From Mycoavidus cysteinexigens (lineage in GTDB: Bacteria > Pseudomonadota > Gammaproteobacteria > Burkholderiales > Burkholderiaceae), in the NCBI GenBank assembly GCA_031963465.1, contig JASSUG010000003.1, positions 117,982 to 181,981 of the forward strand: a stretch of DNA of 64,000 nucleotides, read 5' to 3'. The notes below the pieces were generated by a model, which had not been told where the DNA came from, did not search any database, and saw nothing but the letters and a program-made list of their open reading frames with translations. The stretch's first letter is position 1. Each line of letters starts with the position of its first letter. A program made the translations under genes and the position numbers. Shown here piece by piece: positions 35,201 through 41,359 of the stretch.

Positions 35201-35506
35201 TATGTGCCGAATGCGGGTGCTGTTGATAATATGGAGCAATTTTTTAATGAAACAGAGTTTGGTAAGGAAATAAAACTTGTAGCTAGGGCTACTAAGGAAT
35301 TTTATGATGGTCAGAGAATATACGAAGTAACCAAAAAGATTAAGGGTAAGGTAGCGAAAAGGGATCTTTTTTATTTGGATAATAAACACTTGGATCATTT
35401 GGAGGTGCTTGACGCAAATAAATCTTTCAAGTATGTTTTGAATCTTGATGGCACAATTAATGAGATCAAAACAGAAAAAGCAAAAGGTAGAAGATTGGAG
35501 AAATAG
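26237..35506 (+). CDS. cdiA: CdiA/FhaB-family two-partner-secretion exoprotein with a C-terminal polymorphic toxin domain
   Basis: 3089 aa. TPS-domain motifs NAAGILYNQHANFNV and FSNANGIDCWGCNFLNT near the N-terminus, and long beta-helical hemagglutinin-type repeats. Conserved LGDGFYEQQLIRDQI...LTASPVWMVNQRVKLPDGSEQTVLMPKVYL block. TENN (VENN-like) boundary at 34742-34753, followed by a 250-aa tip. Confidence 0.85.
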   Translation: MGWMMLKPINGVSIQHIRSASITTNRQEPITPHSREEADSPTLNTAQPNAAGILYNQHANFNVDAPGVILQNGSTVRIILHHVIGRTLSQLNSVIKIAGEPAQLVFSNANGIDCWGCNFLNTKHLVLTTGEPILNSNGDLQAFRVKAGQITIKSNTTLKQFEQIDLIAYSIQVEGELSANKINMSTGTHEINYVDTGLPTITRRQELSIASSETNQSSRRASSLQFIETARVWAKKHLNIQADTLDNASHRVQSNGDLTVKAVSFTGAGTLSAALDLAAEFEEDYTHKNQLSAGRHLSISTPKRLINQGTIQTQGEVTLEATELENQAKSLIDGVHLTLKAGGSLRNHGVIQGGSIAIDAPSLVNDGTNHTEEHQAGAILAQRQLTIQAQTLRNQEHGLVRSDGELTIGDALGTQRKLTDSTQELVNSGSSMIESRGKLSIQVSLLDNQKGQITAHSDLILSSQAILNQEGRIEAQGEQSVFDVYTAAINNTSGWLLHTGTGQTQIVARVTIANFNTKAITGAGLIFGKGPLTIHSPEIINYEGGAIISDQMLKIKTPYLGNQLSTLSAGQKLEIDTDKLQNVGGLITVGEHEKFKAEAAHSVPSLARHAPDLGVLEVNAQEVINTAHKGEKAKGSLIRVQGKVVMKAEKIYNANKSQILGKEVDLNAKELFSNDASTVYASDTFSLKTHRLVNLGKGILQSEGKFHISVNDELGNLKGHIIASSDLVLKSKVLDNQEGHIETRGDQSVLDVQVDLINNASGQLLNTSAGQTQIVARQKMLNRNMDAVEGRGFIFGKGPVSVTSAEIVNDKGGVIFSNQMLEIKAADYVYNKFATLSAYQKIDINTPSLNNYAGGLISVGTEEAAKTATSTGVHSPDNLTHHAGVLTVHAKQVHNILDKGETQGGLIRLQGKVEMAADKIFNGNKSQILAKNVSLNTKELFFDVGGTVFVSDTLDLIGHIFKIKGEVQAKSIHLLSGVSQVCGTEAHSWKSTANTEFPDKEAQFSQSWMTVFQQAKMYVSGNLSISSSGSLLNQGELKIEGDISLKARSLENQASAVIDGRFLTLILHDQLRNDGVIQGSTVVISAQSLANDGSEDTDEHQAGAIMARRQLTIGAQTLHNQKHGLVHSDGELTIGGFLNAQYKVEGSAQTLNNTTSSTIESRDKLLIQVNHFDNQNGQITTSSDLVLRSKVLNNTHGHIEANGDQSVLNVQADTIDNTSGRLLHTGIGQIQILAHDSIVNRNAEGVKGAGFISGKGPVTVTAPQISNDEGGTFFSNQSLEIKSATLLDNQGTLHGKDHVWIEAKAISNGISRKTEVTGEPEEPEMALLSALSQLTNQLSKMIQGDFQPNEFKNPEYLITGNKISISAHDGLINTNAVIFAQNSLEIGAKCINNFEQGILYSGGNLTIGGQFDTQFKVTGVSEHVFNYGSTIDALGDLVINSETLLNANRKFKTEEQVIEQRDIHECHDHHTNQRYDGSQIGWHGDVGGLYRVHHSGVEIFCFTNYSFTRRVSTTVVTHSEPGKIQAGGEIRLSGAVINDKSRIIAGGALSDLEGGAAQINNRDANGQRVTTDQGTSQWSDRDWHGGMFSRGWSRDWSGHVPYHPAPVVEHHNLNVAVSQQHTAVDHQAPSTALVRTSALTSSSPFLNSGLQHFQLDPAQPYLIQTDPRFTRNSDTVSSNFLLSLLNLDPQRVPKRLGDGFYEQQLIRDQIIGLTGHYYLSGYRNQIAEFKALMHRGANWAKQHNLTLGIEPTPQQIAALTASPVWMVNQRVKLPDGSEQTVLMPKVYLANRDVSPIPLGGSLISANTIELHSDHPLKNAGTMISRGKMALTARNIDNQRGAIVSLDTLSIQASHNIDSRAGQLIAVKKMTLKAGQDLHLQSQTYTTHAASGSQTALDGVTEVRAKQLDAYAESDIHLAATQIKVDENARLEAKGDLTLGTATVSTQHQLTWDERNSLSLSRKTEIGTQIETGGSLELKSGRDIYAPGAYVNAGKGLSVKADRDINVEAAYEETDFEESHYHESSNFFSSSSELTQNKLYRKQALSSTLSGGTVQIEAGHDLNIMGSNVIGMHDVDLYAANDIQQKAVEQAERGRHYSVKERSGLLDSGQFGMTVGTRTQTDTQENEHTPQIGSVIGSVSGHVRAIAGREYKQSGSQLVVPTGDIQIQAGKAKIDASYEESRVWQRSEWQQSGLTVSVSAPVLAAAQTSQQMLQASTQVSDPRMQALAAGAGALAMKNAYDAIQADPKAAGGATVNVMIGEDHCETEQTQLSKTALNSTLAAGGNISIQIGGLGEESTLDLIGARIEAKQEITLNVEGRLNVEAAPNSLIEQSQQQSRSVAVGMAATLGSQNSVGASLAVSVGHGHADGAQISYTPTLIQAGGKLTLNAQSDVRLKGAQIAGAQVKAQIEGDLEIDSVQNTATYRSHSQSISGSVTVGPVSAASLHFSQRRMDSRYLSVAEQAGIQAGEGGFQITVKGDTKLVGGVIAGAEQAVREGRNTLLTGTLHQTDLTNQASYDASSISLGGGYSKSGKGVGSKQSGEVTTPAHSGNQLASRGGMSAAIPIVMSASGQAQSTTRSAISGAEIVITDEARQMELTGQSAAETIASLNRNSAHSHQALAPIFNRTEIEASFDIVNALGREAGTFIANRGREADHKLERAKNIETQANDESMSVAQRQELLAAAAELRAQAQTLNKQWGAGGSYRRIVTALTAAAAGNVTGTTAQFTQAAALNYLQSLGAEKIKHIADSLHDETARAALHGALAYGGAVARGQSGGAAALGASASVLVNTLLGPVEGESEEEKEARKNIVTSLVAGFADVGGVDATSAQTAAQIETENNAMVLAAPLLVTPPGLALLGLLGAVATGAVVVKGAMDYYEEYKERANNTKQPGEDDNQLVQQAPAPMFTLIMEPPQSSLIPGTAWHPDEEVLLGGKPNQSGEHVLQPIETPREVQSAAGNALENPIAEPLTILDTVKYSKGTKNANRDKDYVPNAGAVDNMEQFFNETEFGKEIKLVARATKEFYDGQRIYEVTKKIKGKVAKRDLFYLDNKHLDHLEVLDANKSFKYVLNLDGTINEIKTEKAKGRRLEK

Positions 35507-35516
35507 AGTGAGTTCA

Positions 35517-36302
35517 ATGTTGGATTTTAATAAATTTAAAGCGCGTTTAATCGAATGCCTTAAGTCTCATGGTTTGGATCTAGAAGCATCAAATAAAAGG
35601 ACTGGGCTTCTAGTATGGTATATAGATTGGGATGATAATTTTAATGACTCATTTGAATTTGAATTGAGGCAGATAAAAAATGCGCTTGATCTATATGATA
35701 AAGCTCTGTTAGAAAAAGATGTGTTAACAACTAAGGCAGCTATTCTCCATGCCTCCATAAAAATTGAACTATTTTCAGGCAGTCCATTCAACGCAATTTC
35801 ACGCGATTTGACAAGAGTTCTTAATGATAAAAGTTTCAATTGGCCTCCTTTGAGAAAAGGTTATGTTATTCCAAATAAATATTTGGATAAAAAAATAAAC
35901 GGAATCGACCAGGAAGAACTGATGAGTTTAACTAAAATTCAAAAAATCTTGATAGATCTAGTCAAATCACATGGTGTGACGGACGAAGAATTAAAGCAGG
36001 TAGGTAAGCGAACAAAGCGTTTAATATGGGGTATCGACCTGAACAGCGACTTCAATAAAATCTTCTATGAAAAGCTGCTAGCTTTGCAAATAGCTTTTGA
36101 TGCATATGAAAAAGCATCTATACAAGAGGACTGGCGAGCAGTTCGAGCGATCCTCCAAAGAATTAGGCTAATCAATTTTCAGCTCTATAAATTCTTGGAC
36201 GGGATTAGAGTAGCGCTAAAAAGTGCATGGTTAGACAAACGTTTTTGGCCCTCTTTCCCGGAAAATTATAAAATACCAGCGCACTATAATTATGAAGAAT
36301 AA
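35517..36302 (+). CDS. candidate CdiI-type immunity protein (two tandem homologous halves)
   Basis: First ORF after the cdiA stop (35506), with ATG at 35517 or GTG at 35508 after GGAG. Same AT-rich composition as the toxin tip. No recognisable family. Internal duplication is visible in the translation. Confidence 0.5.
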   Translation: MLDFNKFKARLIECLKSHGLDLEASNKRTGLLVWYIDWDDNFNDSFEFELRQIKNALDLYDKALLEKDVLTTKAAILHASIKIELFSGSPFNAISRDLTRVLNDKSFNWPPLRKGYVIPNKYLDKKINGIDQEELMSLTKIQKILIDLVKSHGVTDEELKQVGKRTKRLIWGIDLNSDFNKIFYEKLLALQIAFDAYEKASIQEDWRAVRAILQRIRLINFQLYKFLDGIRVALKSAWLDKRFWPSFPENYKIPAHYNYEE

Positions 36303-36391
36303 GCTAGCTTGTAGAGTTAGGATGAAGTTCGCATTGAGTAAGCAAAACGGGGTAAGATCATAGGCCAAGCGCATGATCAAATTCGCGAGAC

Positions 36392-36414
36392 AAAAAAACG
36401 GGGCCAAAGCCCCG
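36392..36414 (-). terminator. rho-independent terminator (minus strand), separated from its gene by the IS66 insertion
   Basis: Minus strand reads CGGGGC-TTTG-GCCCCG followed by TTTTTTT. It lies 15 nt outside the IS left end. Confidence 0.7.
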
Positions 36415-36468
36415 TAATAAGAAACAAGGTACCTTCTCAATAACCCGGGGCGAACGCCGGCAAACTGC

Positions 36469-38103
36469 TCAAGCAGAGGCTGCGATGGATTGTTCGACAA
36501 GGTGCGGCAGAAGTGGAATTTGATCGCTGCACGAAATGCGGTCGGTGAGGTAATCCCAGAACGAGATGCCCAGCTTGCGACAGGTCTTCTTCAGGGTGGA
36601 GAAAGTATCGCGACATTGCCGACCGAGCTCGCTTCGCGTGCCACCACTGATCTTTTGCTTTTTCACGTGATCGCGAATGTCGCGTTCACTGTCGTTGGTG
36701 TGGAGTGGAACCTCAGGGCGTTCTAACACCAGTAGTAACTCGGATTTATTTTGGTGAATCCGCCTGAGCAGACGATTGAGTGTTGCGTAGCGGGTCTTCT
36801 GGGTGAAGATCGTATCAAAGCGCGCCGCCAGTGTTTTTTTGTCTGTAGCCGTGGGCTGCAGCTTGTATGCTTTCAGATCGGCATAGAGCGTCCAGATCTC
36901 GTCACGCACCCGGGCGATGTCCTCTCGATGTTGATCATTGAGCGGTAGCATCTTATGTACCAATCTTTCTGCATGGACCCAACATAATCCGTGAATCAGC
37001 ACGTTGAACTGCCCTGCATCATCGCTGATGATGGCCAGATCTGGGGAGACGCCACGCTGCTTCAGACTACCCAGCAGTGCGCCCTCGGTAGCAATGTTGC
37101 GGTGGCGCGGAGCGTCCATCCCCAAACAATCCAGGTGGTGCTGCCACGCTCCCTGGTCAGCGAAGCTTGTGCTCTCGTGTTGCCGCAGCGCGTCCAGGAA
37201 CACTTGCGAGAGCCCCTGCTTTTTCATGTACGCGAGCGCGTCTTCGTTGATCTGGTAATCGCCATGGCCCGCACGCAATAATGCCAGGAAATTGATCCGG
37301 CTCTTCGAGTCCGTGCTTTTGAACCACGCGAAATGCGGGTTACCAATGTGGGTGACGTAGCCGCTCCGGCCTCGATGCCGCGTGCCGGTATCATCAACCG
37401 TTACATACGCCGAGAGCGCCAAGCCGGTCGATAACAGCCCGTCTTTTTCCGCATGAAACTGCTCTTTGCCTTCTTGCAACAGCGTGTTTACCTGCCCCAC
37501 TGAGATCTCGATGCCCCATTCCCGCAGTTGCTCGCATAGCAGCGGCTGCGTGACGTGACAATGGTAGTGCTGGTAGAGCACATAGCTCACCAGAGCCGGG
37601 CCAAAATGGCCACCGCCGACTGATTTGGGAAGCTGCCCGATCAGAGTCTGGCCGTCTGGCGTTTGCCAGCGTGCCAGTCGATACCGCGTGTTGCGTGATT
37701 CGATTGTCAACTCTTGCACTACGAAATCACGATAGCCCTTGAATCGGGAACCTGGCGGAATCGGCTCGGCCGGTTCGATGATTGTGTCACGATCAATCTT
37801 CAGTTGCGCCGTCTTGTGCTTCTTCGCTGATCCGGGCCGTTTGGCCGCTTCCTCATTCTGCGTTTGATCTGGTTTGGCAGGCTTGCCAGCATCCTCGTTC
37901 ATGCGGCTTGGCTTGAACGTCGGACGCTTCTTTTCCCCCTGGAGCACCGCGACTTCGTCTTTCAGATGCCCTATGTCCTCCAGCAATTGATGGATGATTT
38001 CGACCAGTCCGTCACTCCATGCGAACACCTTCATGACCGCCGGCGTCCGATCGACTTCGGCGACATACGGTGCTGAGAGTTTCTTCAGCATGGCGCTTCT
38101 CAC
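36469..38103 (-). CDS. IS66-family transposase (DDE body)
   Basis: 544 aa. Typical IS66 TnpC-like sequence (DDTGTRH..., CWVHAERL, HTNDSERDIR...KISGGTRS). Confidence 0.85.
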   Translation of the reverse strand: MRSAMLKKLSAPYVAEVDRTPAVMKVFAWSDGLVEIIHQLLEDIGHLKDEVAVLQGEKKRPTFKPSRMNEDAGKPAKPDQTQNEEAAKRPGSAKKHKTAQLKIDRDTIIEPAEPIPPGSRFKGYRDFVVQELTIESRNTRYRLARWQTPDGQTLIGQLPKSVGGGHFGPALVSYVLYQHYHCHVTQPLLCEQLREWGIEISVGQVNTLLQEGKEQFHAEKDGLLSTGLALSAYVTVDDTGTRHRGRSGYVTHIGNPHFAWFKSTDSKSRINFLALLRAGHGDYQINEDALAYMKKQGLSQVFLDALRQHESTSFADQGAWQHHLDCLGMDAPRHRNIATEGALLGSLKQRGVSPDLAIISDDAGQFNVLIHGLCWVHAERLVHKMLPLNDQHREDIARVRDEIWTLYADLKAYKLQPTATDKKTLAARFDTIFTQKTRYATLNRLLRRIHQNKSELLLVLERPEVPLHTNDSERDIRDHVKKQKISGGTRSELGRQCRDTFSTLKKTCRKLGISFWDYLTDRISCSDQIPLLPHLVEQSIAASA

Positions 38104-38104
38104 G

Positions 38105-38281
38105 CTACGTACCCCTGGCTTTTTTGAGTCGGGCGGCCTTCTGTTTCAATTGCTCAACCTCTTGCTGCAAGCCATTAGCTACTTCTACGAGTTGCTCGAT
38201 CCACGCCCGCAACTCCTGATCCTGCGGCCCGAGGTCCTCTCGTGCAATGTCGGGTAGTGTAAATTTTGGAGGGAGGGTCAT
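38105..38281 (-). CDS. 58-aa coiled-coil ORF: N-terminal leucine-zipper segment of the IS66 transposase in a different frame
   Basis: MTLPPKFTLPDIAREDLGPQDQELRAWIEQLVEVANGLQQEVEQLKQKAARLKKARGT. It ends 1 nt before the main ORF's GTG (38103) and overlaps the open part of that frame. Too short for the ORF track. Confidence 0.6.
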   Translation of the reverse strand: MTLPPKFTLPDIAREDLGPQDQELRAWIEQLVEVANGLQQEVEQLKQKAARLKKARGT

Positions 38282-38560
38282 AAATGTGGCAGAAATGATG
38301 TCGGCGTGATGAACGTTAACATCACCCTCTACCGTTTACAAGCGAAATTCGTTACGTCGCGCGAGCACGCTGCTCCGCCGATCTTGACCAAGCGAGCCGG
38401 CCAAACAGCGCAGCGTTGTGCGATGGTTGCCCCGGGTTATTGAGAAGATACGAAACAAGCGAAGAAAGTGGCACAGAGGTCATAATCTTCTCTGTGCGCC
38501 AAAAGGCCTGACCGGAGACTATCCGCTAAGTTCTCAATTTCTTTTGCAATTGTGTTGATT

Positions 38561-39229
38561 TCACTGGATAGGTTTAGCTTGCAGCGGGTACAAGAAAATT
38601 TCGACTCGCCGGTTTTGCATGCGGCCAGTCGGTGTGAGGTTGTCCGCAATCGGTTGAGCTTGCCCGCGCCCTTCGGAGGAGAGCCGGCCAGAGGCAACGC
38701 CGCGGCTGACGAGAAAATTCACCACCGCCAGTGAGCGGCTTTGCGAAAGCGTCATATTGTAAGGGACCGCGCCGGTATTATCGGTGTGACCAATGATCCG
38801 GGCCACCAACTCTGGATTTTGCACCAAGGTGCGCGCTACCTCATCAAGGGCCGGCGTAAATGTTGGCCGGATTTGATAGCTATTCGTGGCAAAAGAGACT
38901 GAACTCGGAATATTGACTTTGAGCGAACCGTCTTGTTGTTCAGTGATTTGCGTGCCAGTGCCTTGCGTGGCGCCTGCTAAGCGTTGCTTAATAGCTGACC
39001 AGTTGTAAGCTGTCAGACCGCCCGCTACGGCGCCGATGGCACCGCCGACCATGGCGCCTTCCGAGTTGCCAATGAGCGCACCCAAGCCAGCGCCCGTTGC
39101 AGCGCCAATGCCAGTGCCTAGCGCGGCATTGTTTTGTTGCCCAGCAGGCGCTGCACAACCCACCAAAAGTGCGCTGACAAGTAGGCAAGAAGCCAACGGT
39201 TGGACGATTTTTTTTGAGTTAACTTTCAT
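38561..39229 (-). CDS. OmpA-family peptidoglycan-binding lipoprotein with a glycine-zipper region
   Basis: 222 aa. Lipobox LLVGC, Gly/Ala-rich zipper, and C-terminal OmpA-like domain (GHTDNTG...YN..LSQSR...V..L...G, RRVEI). Confidence 0.85.
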   Translation of the reverse strand: MKVNSKKIVQPLASCLLVSALLVGCAAPAGQQNNAALGTGIGAATGAGLGALIGNSEGAMVGGAIGAVAGGLTAYNWSAIKQRLAGATQGTGTQITEQQDGSLKVNIPSSVSFATNSYQIRPTFTPALDEVARTLVQNPELVARIIGHTDNTGAVPYNMTLSQSRSLAVVNFLVSRGVASGRLSSEGRGQAQPIADNLTPTGRMQNRRVEIFLYPLQAKPIQ

Positions 39230-39602
39230 ACTACACTCCGGAGATTAAGTTATGGCGCTAAAGTGTGTTGCCGCCACTGGCGCAACCCTCACTATAAGGA
39301 TGACCTTCACACAAGAATCAGTTTACGTTCCTGTCTGAGTGTGAATAGTTTAAGGTTGCTCTAGAGCGGCCGCTTTGTACAATATATTTTTAGATTTCTT
39401 TTGTCATTGTCTGAATTGCGCATCACCTAAATGCTTTGTATCCGTTTGAATTATCCAATTTGCTTTGATCTCACGTTATGATGAATGGTTCTGAGCCGCT
39501 TTTACCAAGCTTAAGGGATGGGGCTATTGCACATTTAGGCTGCATAGTTTTAAATCTGCGGCCAAAGAGGCCTTACCGTGACAATCAATGAGGTGGAATT
39601 TT

Positions 39603-40691
39603 ATGAGTATTGATAACGCTCAGATTCAAGCTGCGCTAGCTCAGGTTATCGATCCGCATATGGGCGCGGACCTGGTTTCGACAAAAAGCATCCGCCATAG
39701 TGCGTTCGAGAACGGCTGCGTGACGGTTGATGTGGTGCTCGGCTATCCGGCGCAAAGTCAGTTTGAGGCATTGCATACTCGCATTACCCATGCGCTTGCT
39801 GCCTTGCCTGGGGTGGAGAGTGTTGACATCACTATTTCGCAGCAGATTACCGCCCACGCAGTGCAGCACGGCATTAAATTACTCCCCAATGTAAAAAATA
39901 TCATTGCCGTCGCATCTGGCAAAGGCGGGGTGGGAAAAAGCACCACAGCCGTTAACCTAGCACTGGCGCTGGCGGCCGAAGGGGCGAGCGTTGGCTTGCT
40001 GGATGCCGATATCTATGGTCCATCCCAGCCGATGATGCTTGGCCTTGAGGGCAAGCCTGAATCAAAAGACGGTAAATCGATGGAGCCGCTTGAGCGCTAT
40101 GGCATTCAAGTTAATTCGATTGGTTTTTTGGTGGGTACGGATACGCCAATGGTCTGGCGGGGGCCAATGGTCACTTCTGCATTTGACCAGTTGCTAAAGC
40201 AAACCAACTGGCGTGAACTCGACTATTTAATTGTCGATATGCCGCCGGGGACTGGGGATATTCAGTTGACGCTAGCGCAGCGGGTGCCAGTGACTGGCGC
40301 GGTGATTGTGACTACGCCGCAAGATATTGCCTTACTTGACGCTAAAAGGGGGCTAAAAATGTTCGAGAAAGTGGGGATTCCAATTCTTGGTATTGTGGAG
40401 AATATGAGTACGCATATTTGTACCCACTGTGGGCATGCAGAGCCTATTTTTGGCGCGGGCGGTGCAGCGCAAATGTGCGCTCAATACGGCGTTGAGTTGG
40501 TGGGTAGTTTGCCGCTTGATATCAGTATTCGTGAGCGGACCGATGCGGGTTGCCCAACTGTGGTGGCGCAGCCGCAAGGTCACAATGCAGGCATTTATCG
40601 TGAAATCGCTCGAAAAGTTGGCATTGCTGTTGCGCGTAAGGCGCGCGATATGCGCTCAAAGTTTCCAGATATTGTGGTGCAAAATACCTAG
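39603..40691 (+). CDS. apbC: iron-sulfur cluster carrier ATPase ApbC/Mrp
   Basis: 362 aa from the ATG at 39603, after GAGGTGG. Deviant Walker A ASGKGGVGKST and CxxC (CTHCGH). Confidence 0.9.
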   Translation: MSIDNAQIQAALAQVIDPHMGADLVSTKSIRHSAFENGCVTVDVVLGYPAQSQFEALHTRITHALAALPGVESVDITISQQITAHAVQHGIKLLPNVKNIIAVASGKGGVGKSTTAVNLALALAAEGASVGLLDADIYGPSQPMMLGLEGKPESKDGKSMEPLERYGIQVNSIGFLVGTDTPMVWRGPMVTSAFDQLLKQTNWRELDYLIVDMPPGTGDIQLTLAQRVPVTGAVIVTTPQDIALLDAKRGLKMFEKVGIPILGIVENMSTHICTHCGHAEPIFGAGGAAQMCAQYGVELVGSLPLDISIRERTDAGCPTVVAQPQGHNAGIYREIARKVGIAVARKARDMRSKFPDIVVQNT

Positions 40692-40825
40692 CGTCTTAGC
40701 CAGTACAATTTCCCCATATTCTGTCTCGAAAGCAGTATTATGATGTTGAGTTAGCGTGATGAGGGGTGGCTAATGCTTTTTCATAAAGGCCGCATTTTAT
40801 CAAAGTATGAGTATTAGAGGATTGC

Positions 40826-41359
40826 ATGAAAAACCAAGCAGGCAAGGTGATTTCTCGGGTTTTTATCATACTGATGATAGTGGGCGGCTTCAGTGTGCTG
40901 AATGCCGGCTGTTCGACTTTATTCGGGCCGCGTGAAAAGAGCGCGCATGCGATACTTCTGCCTGTGGTGGGGGGCACCGCACGCGGTACGGTTAATTTTG
41001 TTGAGCGTGCAGACGGTATGCAGGTCACCTACAACATCGTGGGCCTACCGGCAAATAGTGATTACAGATTTCAAATTTATGAACGGGGCCACTGCAATGC
41101 ATTCAGTGCGCGCAATACTGGCCAGGTGTTCGACCCGAGTCGCTTGAGTTGGAGTGGCGCCCAGGGTAACGCGCGCCCAGCAGGCAATATGCCCAATATT
41201 AAAGCGGACACAAATGGTGTCGCAACGGGTTTTGTGGTGGTTAATGAACTGACATTGGACGGTATTCGTTCAGTCATCGGCCGCTCGGTCGTGGTGTTAC
41301 ATGACGATGATACTGTGGTAGAAAAATCACGGCTTGCTTGTGGCGTGATTCGACGGTAG
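40826..41359 (+). CDS. Cu/Zn-superoxide-dismutase-fold lipoprotein lacking most metal ligands
   Basis: 177 aa. Lipobox LNAGC. SodC scaffold recognisable (RFQIYERGHC, GQVFDP, PAGNMPNI, VVLHDDD, LACGVI), but the ligand positions are substituted. Confidence 0.75.
   Translation: MKNQAGKVISRVFIILMIVGGFSVLNAGCSTLFGPREKSAHAILLPVVGGTARGTVNFVERADGMQVTYNIVGLPANSDYRFQIYERGHCNAFSARNTGQVFDPSRLSWSGAQGNARPAGNMPNIKADTNGVATGFVVVNELTLDGIRSVIGRSVVVLHDDDTVVEKSRLACGVIRR

Larger units (their letters stand above)
36429..38451 (-). mobile_element. IS66-family insertion sequence (2023 bp) with terminal IRs and an 8-bp target-site duplication
   Basis: Left end GTACCTTCTCAATAACCCGGGGCGAAC. Right end reverse complement GTATCTTCTCAATAACCCGGGGCAAAC (25/27 identical). 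Both ends are flanked by GAAACAAG (36421-36428 and 38452-38459). Confidence 0.9.

Noticed and set aside
35445-35516. ORF-track start of the immunity candidate inside the end of cdiA.
   Set aside because: It would require a 62-nt overlap. GGAG-N7-GTG (35508) or the ATG at 35517, just after the cdiA stop, are far more plausible.
38988-39248. ORFs overlapping the Gly/Ala-rich part of the OmpA-family gene on both strands.
   Set aside because: They are an artefact of the repetitive GGN/GCN glycine-zipper coding region. The lipoprotein frame explains the sequence.
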